From: the human T2T-CHM13v2.0 reference genome, Homo sapiens
DNA: 64,000 bases
NCBI RefSeq assembly: GCF_009914755.1
Contig: NC_060925.1
Reading direction: 5' to 3' (one strand)
The first letter of the stretch is position 1; every line of letters begins with the position of its first letter. Below are positions 41,827-57,792 of the stretch, piece after piece. Made by a program: the position numbers and the translations under genes. The notes beneath the pieces were generated by a model. That model was not told where the DNA came from and did no database searches. It was given only the letters and a program-made list of their open reading frames with translations.

Positions 41827-43879
41827 AAGCCTACCCCCAAATGACACTTAAATTTATTCTCCAACCTTCAGCATCCTAACATGAATCTCTTTAGCACTAG
41901 AGCATTTATGACATTCTCATTTAGTAAATTGCATTGCTGGAACTGTCACCTATAACTATAGGTCTTTATTCTGCCATGTGAGGTCCCACTGAACAATATA
42001 GAGGGTGGCTCTGTAGAAAACTGGCCACAGCCATTCCAACATGGGTCCTCTCTGCCGTATTAGAATCTGAAAAGACAATATAATTAAAAGCTACATGGAC
42101 ATGGCAAAACATTCTAAATTTGTTTCTCTCTCTCTTAGCCTTTGTTTGATAAGAGCAACCTCTTCTCTCTTACGGCCTACTTACTGGAAGCATTATTTAG
42201 TGACTGTATATATTGTTTTTTACTTATCTGAGATTTCAGTGGCTCATATCCCATTCTGGAACAGTTTTCCTTTTAGGGATTGGCCACAGGATGATCAGAT
42301 AGCATGGGGGACAGATTTCTGAGGCATTAGAACAAACAAAAGCAGGGTTTTTTTTGGTAAAATCTTTCTGCAACCGAGATAACATTTCCAGCCACATATA
42401 TCTAATAGGGCAACAACTCCTCCCAGATGAGAATGGCTTTTTTTTAGTACTCTGATTGGATGAGTGACTGCTGCAACCTCGCCATTTATTTCCTGGGAAA
42501 CTATCTTGACGGGCTATTAGTTCTGTTCAAGGAATTGGTAATTACCTTCATCCCATAGGACAATGGTCATTTGGGTGATTTTTCAGGGGATGAAGACAAA
42601 GAGTTGAGTCCACACACACACACACACACACACAAAATTACACGAAGGAAAAATTTTGGTTGGGCCTTCTCTTCTTCCAATCTTCAGCTTTTCCCTTATC
42701 CTTCTCACTTTTTCAGGGAGCAGTGTTTTTCAGCTCCCCTTCAGCTTCCCAAAGCTTCCCCACTTTCTCATTGAATTTTCTCTCCTAAGTGTTACATGGT
42801 CCGAGTCACTATTACCACCCAAAAAAATTAATTAAAATGAAAAAAAAAAAAATCTGTTCGTGATTCTAAGTATTCAAAAGAAAGCAATTTAATTGTCTGA
42901 TTAAAGAAATTTATACTAAGGTGAGAATATAAGGTTTAACTTTCATAAGGGATTTTGTCTTAAAAAAGGAGTTAGCTAGAAAGCAAGTCTCTAATTGATG
43001 TTACAGATGTATAGGGAGAAGAGGGGTCTTTACTAAAGCTTGCCGATGCTGGCTAACTCTTTTCCCTTTCATCTTGTCCTGTTGAAAGCATCCCATTTAT
43101 ATATTGTACTGGAATGGAAGCTGGCAGCTCCTCTGACTGCTTCTATTTTTAAAAAGAAAGAAAAATTATAATCACATACAGCCAGTTGCCTTGTAAAATA
43201 GCCCTCAATTTGGATCTGTTTGATATTTTTTCATAATTTTATTCAGCTTATATATTTTTGCATGAATATAACAAAATATATGCTGTATTCATCATGATGA
43301 AACATACCAGGAAGCACATAATGTCTATTTGTCCAATTACTGATGATATTAACTTGATTAAAATGGAGTTTACCAGCTAGCTTCACTATACAGTTAATTC
43401 ATATTTTGTAATTATTGGTTAATAAGTAATTTGTGGAGAAACGCTTTGGCAGTACAAAAATATCTTGCTCTTATTCTAACTTTTACCCACACATTTTAAC
43501 ATCCATTGGTGATTCTTGTCTGAGTCATTTAATATTACGGTGATTGAAAAATGGTGATTTTTCTAATGCCTATATTACTTCAACACTTATCAGTTGGCAT
43601 TTTACTCCAAGGTAGAACTATCTCTTCTCATCCATCCATTCAATTGTTTATATTAGTATGGGGTTACAGATTTCTTTTTTGCTGAGTAAGTCATAACCCA
43701 TTATTTATTTTTATGTTCAAATTGTTCCAAATTTGGCCAGTAGATGTTCAAAGGAACAGATTCTTATATCCTTCTGTCATATCCCCATCACTCTGAGCAC
43801 TTTCTTACTTTCCAACACATGAAAGTGTTGCAGACACATCTTGTACTTTCCATGACTCAGCTCAATCATCATTATTTCC

Positions 43880-44150
43880 AGGTGGAGGTGAGAGGGTCAC
43901 TTCAGACCTGGAGTTGGAGACCAGCCTGGGCAACACAGAAAGACCCCATCCCTAAAAAAATAAAAAAATTAGCCAAGCATAGTGGCATGCACCTGTAGTC
44001 CCAGCAAGTTGGGAGACTGAAGCAGGAAGGTCACTTGAGCCCAGGAGACATAATCTGATTATGCCACTGCACTCCAGCCTGGGCAATAGGGGGAGACACC
44101 AAGTCTAAAAAAAAAAAGAAACAAAAACAAACATACAAACAAAAAACACA
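43880..44150 (+). mobile_element. AluJ, 5'-truncated with an internal deletion
   Basis: GACCAGCCTGGGCAACACAG, CACTTGAGCCCAGGAG. Confidence 0.85.
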
Positions 44151-44464
44151 ATGATTGTCTTTAGGAAGTCCTGGTTTCTTTTAGTGGATAAATGGTATTT
44201 AGAAAGCAAGATCTAAGTGTGTTTACTGCTCCTGAGTGTCATTGATTCTAGGTCCAGTCAATGGGCAAACCTCATAAATACTCATACACACACACCTACA
44301 TCTACATTTATTTCTGTTCATCTCTATTTTGTGTCTATATGTATATTTTTTAGATACATAAGTAGGTAAATAAATAGACAGATAGATGTAAAACCATGAG
44401 TTCACACCAATACGTAAATTCCAATCCAACACTTAGAGTTTATTGTGGCCTCCCCTCTTTCCCT

Positions 44465-44761
44465 GTTTGTTTTCATTTTGAGACAGGGTCTTGTTCTGTT
44501 GCCCAGGGTAAAGTGCAGTGGTGTCATCACGGCCCATGCAGCCTTGACCTCCTGGGCTCCAGAAACCCTCCCACCTCAGCTTCCTGACTAGCTCGGACTA
44601 CAGGCACATGCCACTATGCCCAACTAATTTTTTAATGTTTTTTTAGAGATGGGGTCTCACTATGTGGCCCAAGCTAGTCTAGAACTCTTGGGCTCCAGCA
44701 GTCGTCCCACCTCAGCCTTCCAAAGTGCTGGGATTACAGGCATGCACCAACATGCCCAGCC
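44465..44761 (-). mobile_element. AluJ
   Basis: Antisense Alu with GCAGCCTTGACCTCCTGGGCTC. Confidence 0.9.
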
Positions 44762-46131
44762 ATATTTGTAACTTTGTCCTTTAATAGTAAAAAACTGGAT
44801 GCCACTGTACTCAAAATATTTACTTATGTGCCCAATCTCTCTTCACTTAACCAGTCTCAGATCCTCTCTTGGCCACAGCCACACTGGTTCTAATCACCCA
44901 GATTTGCCTCCTTGGCCCCACCCTACTAGACTCTACTACCCCGGTTGAATTCTTGGCCCTAATCCCACAAGACACATCACAGAGCTGGTCAGTTCTTCAC
45001 ACTCACCCTATATTGTTACAAATTTTTGCGTTAATAGTAATTAGTTTTTTACAACAATTTAAAAAGAAAGATCTTTTACATTTACCCATGGTTTTACCCT
45101 TTGTAGAGCTCTTCATTCCTTCTTGAAAAACCAGCTTCCATCTGATATCAGATAAATATCCTATGTTATTTTTGTAGTTCAGGTCTGCTGAAGACGAATT
45201 ATCTCTGCTCTTATCTGACTGAAAATTTTAATAAATATAGAATTCTAGGTTGACAGGCTTTTTTTTTCCTTTCAGCACTTTGAAAATATTATTTAATTGC
45301 CTCCTACCTTCATTATTTCTAATAAGTGCACTTGGCATAATCAGCCAACATTCTTAATGTTGTTCCATTCATATTTGGTATTCATCAGTTTGATTATGAC
45401 ATATTTGTATCATTTATTTACACTTTGGAGTTTGCTAAACTTTTAGGATCTATGAGTTGATGTTTTTAATCAATTTTGAAGAATTCTAGACTATTATCTA
45501 TTTAAATATTTCTTCTGCACTAGTATCTTGTCCTTTTCTCCTTCTGAAATTCTAATTATATGTATTCTTAACCTTTTGATATTGTCTGACAGGTCTCAGA
45601 CATTCTGTTTGGTTCTGTTTCCGTTATCTTTTCTCTTTGATTTTCACTTTGGACAGTTTTCTATATTTCTATTGATAATGTCTTTTCATGTTTCCAGACT
45701 GCTGTTCAGGTCATTGAATGAATTCTTCTGATGTTGTATTTCTTATTTCTAATGTTTCCAGGTGGTTCTTTTTATACTTTTTTTCTGTTGAAATATTTAA
45801 TGCAGTTATAATGGATTATTTAAAGTCCTTGTCTGCTAATTCCAATATCGGAACCGTTTGTGGGTCTCCAACTGACTGTTTTTTTTATTATGGCTTACAT
45901 TTTCTACCTTCTATGTTTTATAATTTTTATTGTATATAAGACATCATGTGTAAAAGGACAATAAAGACTGAAATAAATGATATTTCCTCCCAGAAAAAAA
46001 AGTATACTTCTTTCCATCCCAGGCTGATAAGAGTTTGAGGGCAAAGTGAATGTAATCTGCACTTGAGCAAGATTTGAGATTTTTAGCAACTGGGTTATAT
46101 TTAGCTTACTAATGGTTTCAATTATTTTGGG

Positions 46132-46258
46132 GGACATTAGAAATTTCTAGTTCAATATGTCAACTGCTATTTACATCTTCATTCAAAGTAATAACTCTTG
46201 AAAAAAATAAGCCCTTATTCCCCTCGTCATACCCCAAATAGGGCATGATTGAAAGTAG
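46132..46258 (+). repeat. 127-bp dispersed direct repeat, copy A
   Basis: Aligns ungapped to 47631-47757 with 16 mismatches (~87% identity). Confidence 0.92.
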
Positions 46259-46377
46259 GGATTAGGCCTTTCCTTCCAGCAGTGCTCAGAATTTGTGTAC
46301 TTGTGATAATCTGTAGATCTCTTTAGGCATTATTTTTCCAAATTATGGGCTGTCTCTCTCCTTCCCAGCCGTGTTGA

Positions 46378-46912
<535 letters not shown>

Positions 46913-47630
46913 TAGAAAAGACCCCTTATGCCAAGGGGGAAATCTCTCTCAGTTCTTCTGCCCTGGCCACACCTTTTTAGGACAGTGCCCAGGTACACTC
47001 GGTGCAGGTCCATGGGAAGAGTTAGTGGGTGCGTACAGACTCTCCTATGACTAATTAGGGCTTCCAAATTCTGGCCTGTCATGACAGTCCACATGTAGCC
47101 TTGAAAAGTTCATTAATAAATAGACTGGCTTCTCATTACCTCTTTCATGGTAGGTTCACTCCTTTTTCCACCATGCCCCTAGCAATCAAAGCAGCTATGA
47201 GATTCTTCTCTCTTAGAAAGGGCTCATCTCTTTCCAGATTTACTTAATCTAGAATACACTGATCTCTGATGATGGTTTTTTAAAAAGAATATTATGATTT
47301 TACAGTTTATCCAGCTTGTGCTCATTGTCAGGATGAAAACATCTGTCTCCTGTTCTAGTACTATGCTTGATACTTTTCATTTTCTGGGTTTTTACAACTC
47401 TAATCTCATTGACTTCTCTGGCTTTTTAGGCTCTCTTTGTCGGAATCCTCTTCATATAAAGGCTTGATACCACACAACTTGTGAGATGCAATTTCTTTTT
47501 GGTATTTCATTGTCCATTTATACTTTTTTATTGGGAGATATCCTTTCCGTTTCCTGAATAAAAAGCTGGGCAGTCACCCTGGGGAAATAAATAAAGCTGA
47601 AGAATGATTTAAGTCAGGAAGTCTCAGTTT

Positions 47631-47757
47631 GGACATTAGAAAGTTCTAGTTCAATATATTAATTCGTACTTAAATCTTCATTCAAAGTTATAACTCTTCA
47701 AAAGCATAAGCCCTTATTCCCCTCCTTATGCCCCAAATAGGGCATGATTGAAAGCAG
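47631..47757 (+). repeat. 127-bp dispersed direct repeat, copy B
   Basis: Aligns ungapped to 46132-46258. Confidence 0.92.
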
Positions 47758-49849
47758 ATTAACTACCTTCAAGAAAGGAGGTTTGATTCACTTTTGCTCT
47801 TTTTCTTACCTCCTCCTAATCGCTGTTTTTAAACTTGCCATGGGAGGAGAGGAAAACAATGCCAAAGTTCTACCCTGACTGGTACTGTCTTAAGGTGGTT
47901 CTGTTATCTCAGAGTCTGGCAGAAATTAAAAGGCTGACTCTTCCTCTCATGAGCAAATTAGAAGATTTTTTTTGGAGGCTCTCCTACTGAAGCCTCCAAA
48001 TAGAACACTGACATAAATTTTCTTGGTCAAGATAATTTTTAAATGACATTGTACTAATATTTTTACCATGAGTTCCACATCCCTTCTCCAGAACCATGCA
48101 TCTTAAACACACCTTCAGAAGGAAGAATAATCTCCCACTGTCCTGCTACCAGAGGCTAGACCAGGTGGCCTCTCTCTCACTGTATGATTCCCTAGGCATA
48201 GATTAGATATCAATCAATAGTTCTCCCACTCTTAATACAAGGTTTACATATCAAGCTCTCCAAGTGATCTCCTTTGAAGTCCCTTCCCAAGACTTGATGA
48301 AAAATACTGGGAATCACAGAACCAATTTTTCTCAAAGAAATCCTCATTAGAAATTCTATCAATCTCTTTAGATCTTTTATATTTTCCTTGTTGGTGAGAG
48401 AACTAGCAAAACATCCTCAAACACCTAGTTTACTTTTCTGCCTGGTGATCTGATATCTCATTTGTAATTTTCTTTATACCTGTTGTATTTTAATGTCTCA
48501 GTCAAAACACCTAATTTGACAACCTATTTCATCTTCCTTTCCCTATCTGCTAAGTATTCGAATTTCTTGAGCCGATCATTGCTGCACTCAACACACTCAG
48601 TTTCTCTGAGCAGTTCTTATGTCCAGCTTCATCCCTTCACTTGAGTCTCTGACTTTAGATTCCAACTACTCACTGAACAATTACACTCTGGGGGCACTAT
48701 GGAAACTTTGAATTTAGCAAGTTCCAAACAAGCTTACTAACTTCTTCATTCTCTATTTCTAACTTGCACATCATATGCCTTTAGTTCTGCTCTTCTATCT
48801 TCTTGTAATGCCCTTGCCATTTCCCTCCTATTTCACTTCTTGCTATGCCTAAAGAAACCTACCAATTTCTAGCTTAGATGTCAACTGCTAATTTTCTACA
48901 CCCAGAAAGATTGATTGGTTCTCTTCTAGATTTCTCAGATTTTTCTTTCCTCCATTAATAGCATTGCCTTCTATTTAGTCATACCTGCACCTGTCTCTGT
49001 CTTCTTCATAACTTGGCAGGTCCTCAAAGGGAATGTCACACTCATCTCTTTATTCCCTTGTGCCCAGGGAAGTCCTGATATATAGTAGGTTCTCACTAAA
49101 TGTATGCTTATTTTAATTTTTGTATATATATATATATAATATTTGATTCTTACAACATATCTATCAGGACAAAATTATTACTATCTATCCCCAAATTCCA
49201 GACAAGAAAATTGCAGTTCAGTTATGTTAAGCTACTAGAAACAAGGTCTCACAGGTGGAAAAGAAGCAGAGCCAGTACTTTAAAATTATATATTTCACTC
49301 ATGGCCTAGTCCTCCTCCTAGTATTCCTCTTTTCTACTGTGTTTGTTTTCATTCTAGCCTTATGCTGCCTGGCATTTTAAGCATCCCTAAAGATTTTTCA
49401 TTCCCAAGCTCCTATTGCACATTTTTAAAGACAAAAGATGTATGAAGATTCTGCCGCTATTCTGCCTCCTCCCAATTTCTTCCAAATAGCGTGCTTAAAA
49501 TACAACAATCAATTCATTTTACTAATTGATATATCATAGGCTCTCTACATTGTTTCCTCAAGATATCCATATAAGCTGTTGACAACACTAGTACTATGCC
49601 GCCTCTATGCTTCTCTGCCTCTTTTATTTACACAAGCAAGTCATCTACAACTTGGCCTGCTGTTTAAAAGGCATTACAGAGCTATGGATCTCCCCAAAAG
49701 CCAGGTGTTGTGGTAAGAGATGCCTCCGGCTATTTTTTCCCAGGCCTGGCTTCCAACTCATAGGTGAGTATTGTAAAGAAAGACTGAGCTTTGTCTTATT
49801 AAAATATTTTTATCCTGACTTGGGTTTTCCTCTGCTTCACCAACTAATA

Positions 49850-50373
49850 CAGTTGGCACATGCCTTAGCAGAAGCTGAGATAGGGCTTGCATGCAGGTAA
49901 TTTATTTTGGGAAGTGATTCCAGAAAACAGAAGTCAGGTAGCAGAATAAAATTGGGACAGGTAAAAAGCCAGTACAAAGGTAAAAAGCCAGTACAAAGAG
50001 CTGGTCACTTCTATGGAAAATTGGGCATTAGTTTCATCAGGACCCTCTAAGGAATTAATATAGAATGCACTTCAGAAACATCCCCCTCAGGGAAGAGAAA
50101 CATCCCCTCAGGGGAGCATTATCTCAAGTTCCCATTTCTCATTTGCCCAAGATTATTCCATGGGTTATAACTCCCTTTCACTTCTAAATTGTACATGTAG
50201 ATTCCAGTTAATTTCTGAGTATCTCCACCATGGTGTTGGATGATCCTGAGGCAGAAAGCAAGTAAAGAGATGTCAGCTTGCACCTGCGTGAAGCTGGCTG
50301 CCCTAGTAGTGACTGGGCTAAAAAGTGGGGTGAGCAAATGGGAGACAATGTAATGAAGAGTCCAGTGTACCAC
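49850..50373 (-). mobile_element. Old ERVL LTR (LTR16/LTR33 class)
   Basis: GCAGAAGCTGAGATAGGGCTTGCATGCAGGTAATTTATTTTGGGAAGTGATTCCAG. Confidence 0.55.
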
Positions 50374-50923
50374 ATGTGGCTAAGCCCAGTGTCCTAGCCT
50401 CCAATGACAGGACCACACCAGAGCTCCCTTAGGAGAAAGTAGAATGCAGGGAGGGAAGTCAGCATGGACATGGGGTACGCAAGAGCTTCTTAAAAACCAG
50501 CACCAACAAAACCAGTGCTGTGGAGAGGCAGAGCCAGTGCTGTGGAGAGGTAGAGCCAGACGACTAGGACTGCCAGCAAAGCAAACAGATGGCCAGAAAC
50601 CTGTGCCTTAGAACCAGCAGGTCATTCACTCCAGTATCCCCCAAATCCTGCTTTGTCTTCTACAGTTGGCCTATCTGAGGCTGGATAGAGATTTACACAA
50701 TCTTCAGGCAAGTTGATTGCTCCAGAGATCAACCCCACTCCATACCCCATTGACTTCCTCAGCAACAGCAGCTTAGGCACATTGAAGAAGGCAATATTAT
50801 CCTCCACCACCTCTGCCTCCAGTTGGAACTCTCTAGTTTTAAAGCCTCATCTCTCAACCCCTCAGAAGACCAACACCTTCTTGCTCCTCTCAGTTGCCGA
50901 TACCCACCACTGTCCTCCCAGGA

Positions 50924-51819
50924 TGTGGCCTGCCCCCATATCTCTTCCCAATGATATCTATGCCTTAAATACTGGAACCTGTGAATATGTTACATTACAC
51001 GGAAAGAGTGACCTCAAGGCAGAGAAATGACCCTGGATTATCCAGGCAGGCCCAGTGCAATCACATGAGCCCTTAAAAGCTCGGAAACTTCTTCCTCTGA
51101 AATCAATGAGATAGAGGTGACAAAGGGAATCAGGAAGAATGAGGCAGAAGTAAAGGACAGACAGATATGAACGGTGAGAAGGACTTGACCCACCATTGCT
51201 GGTTTTGATGAATGTGGCTGGACTCTAAGAGCTGAGAATGACCCCCAGCCAACAACCAACAAGAAACAGGGACTTCAGTCTCACAACCACAGGAAGCTGC
51301 CAACAACCTGAATGAGCCTGGAAGCAGATCCTTTCCCACAGTCTCCAGTGAAGAACACAGGCATCCTGATTTTAGCCCTGTGAGAACCATTTCAGATATC
51401 TGAGCTAAAGAAACTATAAGATAATACATTTGTGAGTGTGGGGAAAGTGGCTCATGCTTGTAATCCCAGCACTTTGGGAGGCTGAGGTAGGAGGATTGTT
51501 TGAGGCCAGGAATTCAAAACCAGCCTGGGCAATACAGCAAGACCCCATCCAAAAAAAAAAAAAAAAAAAGGCCAGATGTAGTGGTGTGTACCTATAGTCC
51601 TAGTTACTCAGGAGACTGAAATAGAGAGGATCACTGGGGCTGAGGAGTTCAAGGCTGTAGTGAGCCATGATCATACCACAGCATTCAAGCCTGGGCAACA
51701 AAGTGAGACTCTGTCTCCAAAAAATAAACAAATAAATAAGTACATTTGTGTACATTTGTGTTACTTGAAGTAACTAAGTTTGTGGCAATTTGTTAAAGTA
51801 TTAATAGAAAACTAATACA
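50924..51819 (+). mobile_element. MLT1D/E solo LTR, interrupted by AluJ
   Basis: GGAACCTGTGAATATGTTAC, CCTGGATTATCCAGG, CAACAACCTGAATGAGCCTGGAAGCAGAT; ends AACTAATACA. Confidence 0.85.
51435..51740 (+). mobile_element. AluJ
   Basis: GAGGCCAGGAATTCAA, GAGTTCAAGGCTGTAGTGAGCC; TSD TACATTTGTG. Confidence 0.9.
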
Positions 51820-52599
51820 GAGTCCTAAGTGATTGGTTCAAAAACAACTCTTTGATAAGCTGGTAGATTTTAAGGTGCTTTAGACTGGCTATATTATCCA
51901 TCTCAGGAGAAGTTAATTTTTCAAACTTAGGAGCAGTATGGAAAAAATGAAAGATTCTGAGAAGTGGGTACTCCTCCTAAAGAAGGTCTGCTTTCCACTG
52001 TCAAACTTAAAGCAATGGGATTGGCATTATCAACAGAAATGTAAAGAGCAGAGATCATTGAGGAATTCCCAGTCCATAGGGTGTTAACTTCACCTTGACT
52101 GGACATTTACCCCCTCCTCCATTGCTTGGAATCCTGAAAAATATTCCATAGGGAAACTGCAGCCAAACACATACCCTTCTTCCTAGGCTCCCCCACCATT
52201 CTTTTTTCCAAAAGTTCTGGACTGAGCAGATTTATATTCCTCCTTTCCCTATCTCCTTATTTTGTCTTGCTCCACTTCCTTTCTTCTGGTCCCTCTATCA
52301 CTCTTAAACCTGACAGGGAACTTCCTCAGTTAACAGAGTCTGCCCCAACTTCTATTCTAACAGAGGAGAGGAAAAAAGAACACAGAGAAACACCACAACA
52401 ATCTCTGTACTTTTCCCATCAAAGCATTCCCTATCCAGTGAAAGAGGTGAAGGGAAGAGTTGGTCTGTGTTGTCTCCTTTGGGTCATTTTGTTCATGACC
52501 CTTAACAAAGTCCTTCTCTGAGATTAGAGAGAAACAAAAAGAGAAGGAAAAAATGGATGTGCTCAACACAAAGCAAGAACAATGACCATTAAGCACATT

Positions 52600-53220
52600 C
52601 ATCTCTTAATGGATACACCATCCTCCATAAATAATTGGAGTATCTCAAAGTATCTCCCACCAAATATGTATTAATTAAAAAAGGAAAATAGCACCTTTAC
52701 CATGGAGAAACCTGAAAGATACCACCTTATCCAAGTGATAAATGTCAACCTCACCAGCTGTAGAACATATCAGCATCAAGCATTCCCCAATATGATTTTC
52801 TAAAAGGGCATATCATATCTGTGGTATTTTTCCCTAATAATGAATCATCTCTATCTAATCATGAAAAAATATCAGAGAAACAAAAAGTAAGGACATACTA
52901 TAAAAAATAGCTTAACCAGAGTTTTCCAAAAGTAGCATGTGCATGAAAGACAAAAGAAAACTAAGGAATTAGCAGAAATTGGAGGAGACTAAGGACATAT
53001 AACAACTAAATGCAATGTGGAATACCAGATTGAATTCTGAAATAGTAAAAGGAAATCCATGGAAAAACTGGTAAAATCTGAAGAAAATCTATAGCTTAAT
53101 TAACAGGGTTAATACCTTATTTTTGATCATATACCACTGCTACATGAAATGTTAACATTAGGGGAATCTGAGTTACAAGAACTCTGCACTATTTTTGTGA
53201 CTCCCCGTAAGTCTAAATTA
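52600..53220 (+). mobile_element. L1MC/ME 3'UTR fragment
   Basis: CTTTACCATGGAGAAACCTG..ACCACCTT; GGAGGAGACTAAGGACATATAACAACTAAATGCAATGTGG. Confidence 0.75.
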
Positions 53221-53430
53221 ACTCTTCCACAAGTTACCTATATGATTTTTAAAATTTTAATTAACCTTTTTGAGTCTCAGTTTCTTCATCTGTGAAAAGA
53301 ATATTTTTGGATTAAATGACTTCCCAAGATTCAAACTGGTTTAAAGAGAGAAAGTACATTTGAAAGGAGAGAGAGAAAAGAAAGACAATAAAATGATAAT
53401 ATTAAAATGTGCAAAATCTGTTAGATTGTT

Positions 53431-53620
53431 TGCAGTGGACTAAACTGTGTCTTTCCCTCCTGTTTCCCATATAAATTCATACATTGAAACCCTAACTTTC
53501 AGTGTGATGGTATCTGGAGATGGGGCCTTTGGGAGATAATTAGGTTTAGGTGAGGTCATCAGGGTGGGCACTCATGATGAAATTAGTACCCTTACAAGAA
53601 GAAACACTAGATAATTCGCT

Positions 53621-53676
<56 letters not shown>

Positions 53677-53896
53677 GTCTCTGAACACACAGGCACCAAG
53701 GAAAGGCTCTGTAAACACATATGACCACTAGAAGGTGGCCATTTGCAAGCCAGGAAGAGAGCCCTCACCAGAAATCAACCATGCTGGCACCTTGAGTTTG
53801 GACTCCCAGCCTAGAGAACTGTGAGGAAATAAATTTCTGCTGTTTAAACCATCAGTCTATCATATTTTATTATGGCAGCCCGAGCTGACTAAGACA
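53431..53896 (+). mobile_element. MLT1A/A0 solo LTR with internal (TC)n
   Basis: GTGTGATGGTATCTGGAGATGGGGCCTTTGGGAG; ends GCAGCCCGAGCTGACTAAGACA. Confidence 0.88.
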
Positions 53897-54625
53897 CAGT
53901 TTTTTTCCATACATAATACTAATGTTAAAAATAACCAAAATAATTATACATAAGAGAAAAATAAAGGTTCAGCAAGATAATGAGTAAAACACTTAGCACA
54001 CACAATAAGTACTCAATAAATGTCATTGTTTATGGCTTGACAAGGGGATTTGGCTTAGGAAGTGGAACAGATATGTTTTGGATCTAGGCACTCTAGATTC
54101 CTAATGTCATGCAGAGAGATAAAATAGTAAATAAGTAAATAGTCTGAAAACTATAAAGAATTAGCACACAAGAGATAATGTCAATGTGAGGGAGAGGAAG
54201 AAAACTAGAAGGTCAATGATGACTACCAAATTAAAAAATCCCCAGTGGAGTAAAACCTGAGGGAAGAGAGGATGAAATATGTGTATAAATGAACAGTTTG
54301 AAATCCCATGCCTACATGACCATGCACCTAAGCAGGACTAGCCACCCCTCCCCTATTTTCTACCCAGGACCAGAACCAGTCCAATGGATAAGAATAAATA
54401 TCAGTAACGAAAAAACTGGCTTAGACTCTGCTCTAAAGAATTCCAAGTTCAAGTGATTTTGAAAATGGATGTTTAGGATTGGTATAAAAACTGTGCTGAC
54501 AGACCTTTGAACAAAAGTCCAAAAGAGTCATCAAGTCACAATTTGAAAACATATAGAAGATCAGAGATGTCTGGTTCTGACTAGTCATTTGAACTAATTT
54601 TTTGGCAGAAAAAAATAAAATTCTA

Positions 54626-54940
54626 GGCTGGGCACGGTCGCTTACATCTGTAATTCCAGCATTTTGAGAAGATGAAGCGGGCGGATCACTTGAGGTCAAG
54701 AGTTCAAGACCAGCCTGGCCAAAACGGTAAAACGCCGAATGGTAAAACACCATCTCTATCGAAAGTATAATAATTAGCCAGGTGTGGTCATGGGCGACTG
54801 TAGTCTCAGCTACTTGGGAGGCTGAGGTGGAAGAATCACACAAGCCCAGGAGGTAAGGGTTGCAGTGAGCCGAGATCGCGCCACCACACTCTAGCCTGGG
54901 TGACAGAGCAAGACTCTGTCTCAAAAAGAAAGAAAGAAAG
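54626..54940 (+). mobile_element. AluS
   Basis: Dimeric Alu with (GAAA)n tail; TSD AAAATTCTA. Confidence 0.93.
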
Positions 54941-55106
54941 AAAATTCTAGGTAAAATATTTGTTAAATACTAAATAGCAAAGGCACCAAAGGATACAAAG
55001 TGACTACTAGGTTTAAAATAGAAGAAGAGTTGAGAACTTGAGGATTAAGCTGACACTCCACACTACTGTTACTCTAAGTGCATTTGACAATCAGGAAGAA
55101 ATGGCT

Positions 55107-57368
<2,262 letters not shown>

Positions 57369-57395
57369 TCATATAGAACAACCCCCTTTTCCTTT

Positions 57396-57398
<3 letters not shown>

Positions 57399-57448
<50 letters not shown>
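57399..57448. repeat. (CA)n microsatellite
   Basis: Direct read. Confidence 0.95.
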
Positions 57449-57451
<3 letters not shown>

Positions 57452-57792
57452 AAGTCAGGATGTCAAAGAATTATCCCCACTCAGGGCACTCAGGATAGTG
57501 ACTCCTTAGAAATAAATCTCCCACATCCTGATGGGAAAAATGGGAGAGAGGATAGAATGGTGATGAGAGAGAGATAAAGAAATCAAAAGATAAAGACAAA
57601 TGGAAGAGAGGATAGAATGGTGGTGAGGGAGACAGAAAAAGTAGCTATAAAACAAGTTCTGATAGTCCAGTGGAAATTCCTCAAATTTGCATAATTGGGG
57701 TGGTCCAAAAATGTCAAGTCTGATTGTACTCTCTGCAGGTACCTGAAAAAGTAAACTCAAGTCAACTCTGGAGGGAGGTATCTTTATCCTAA

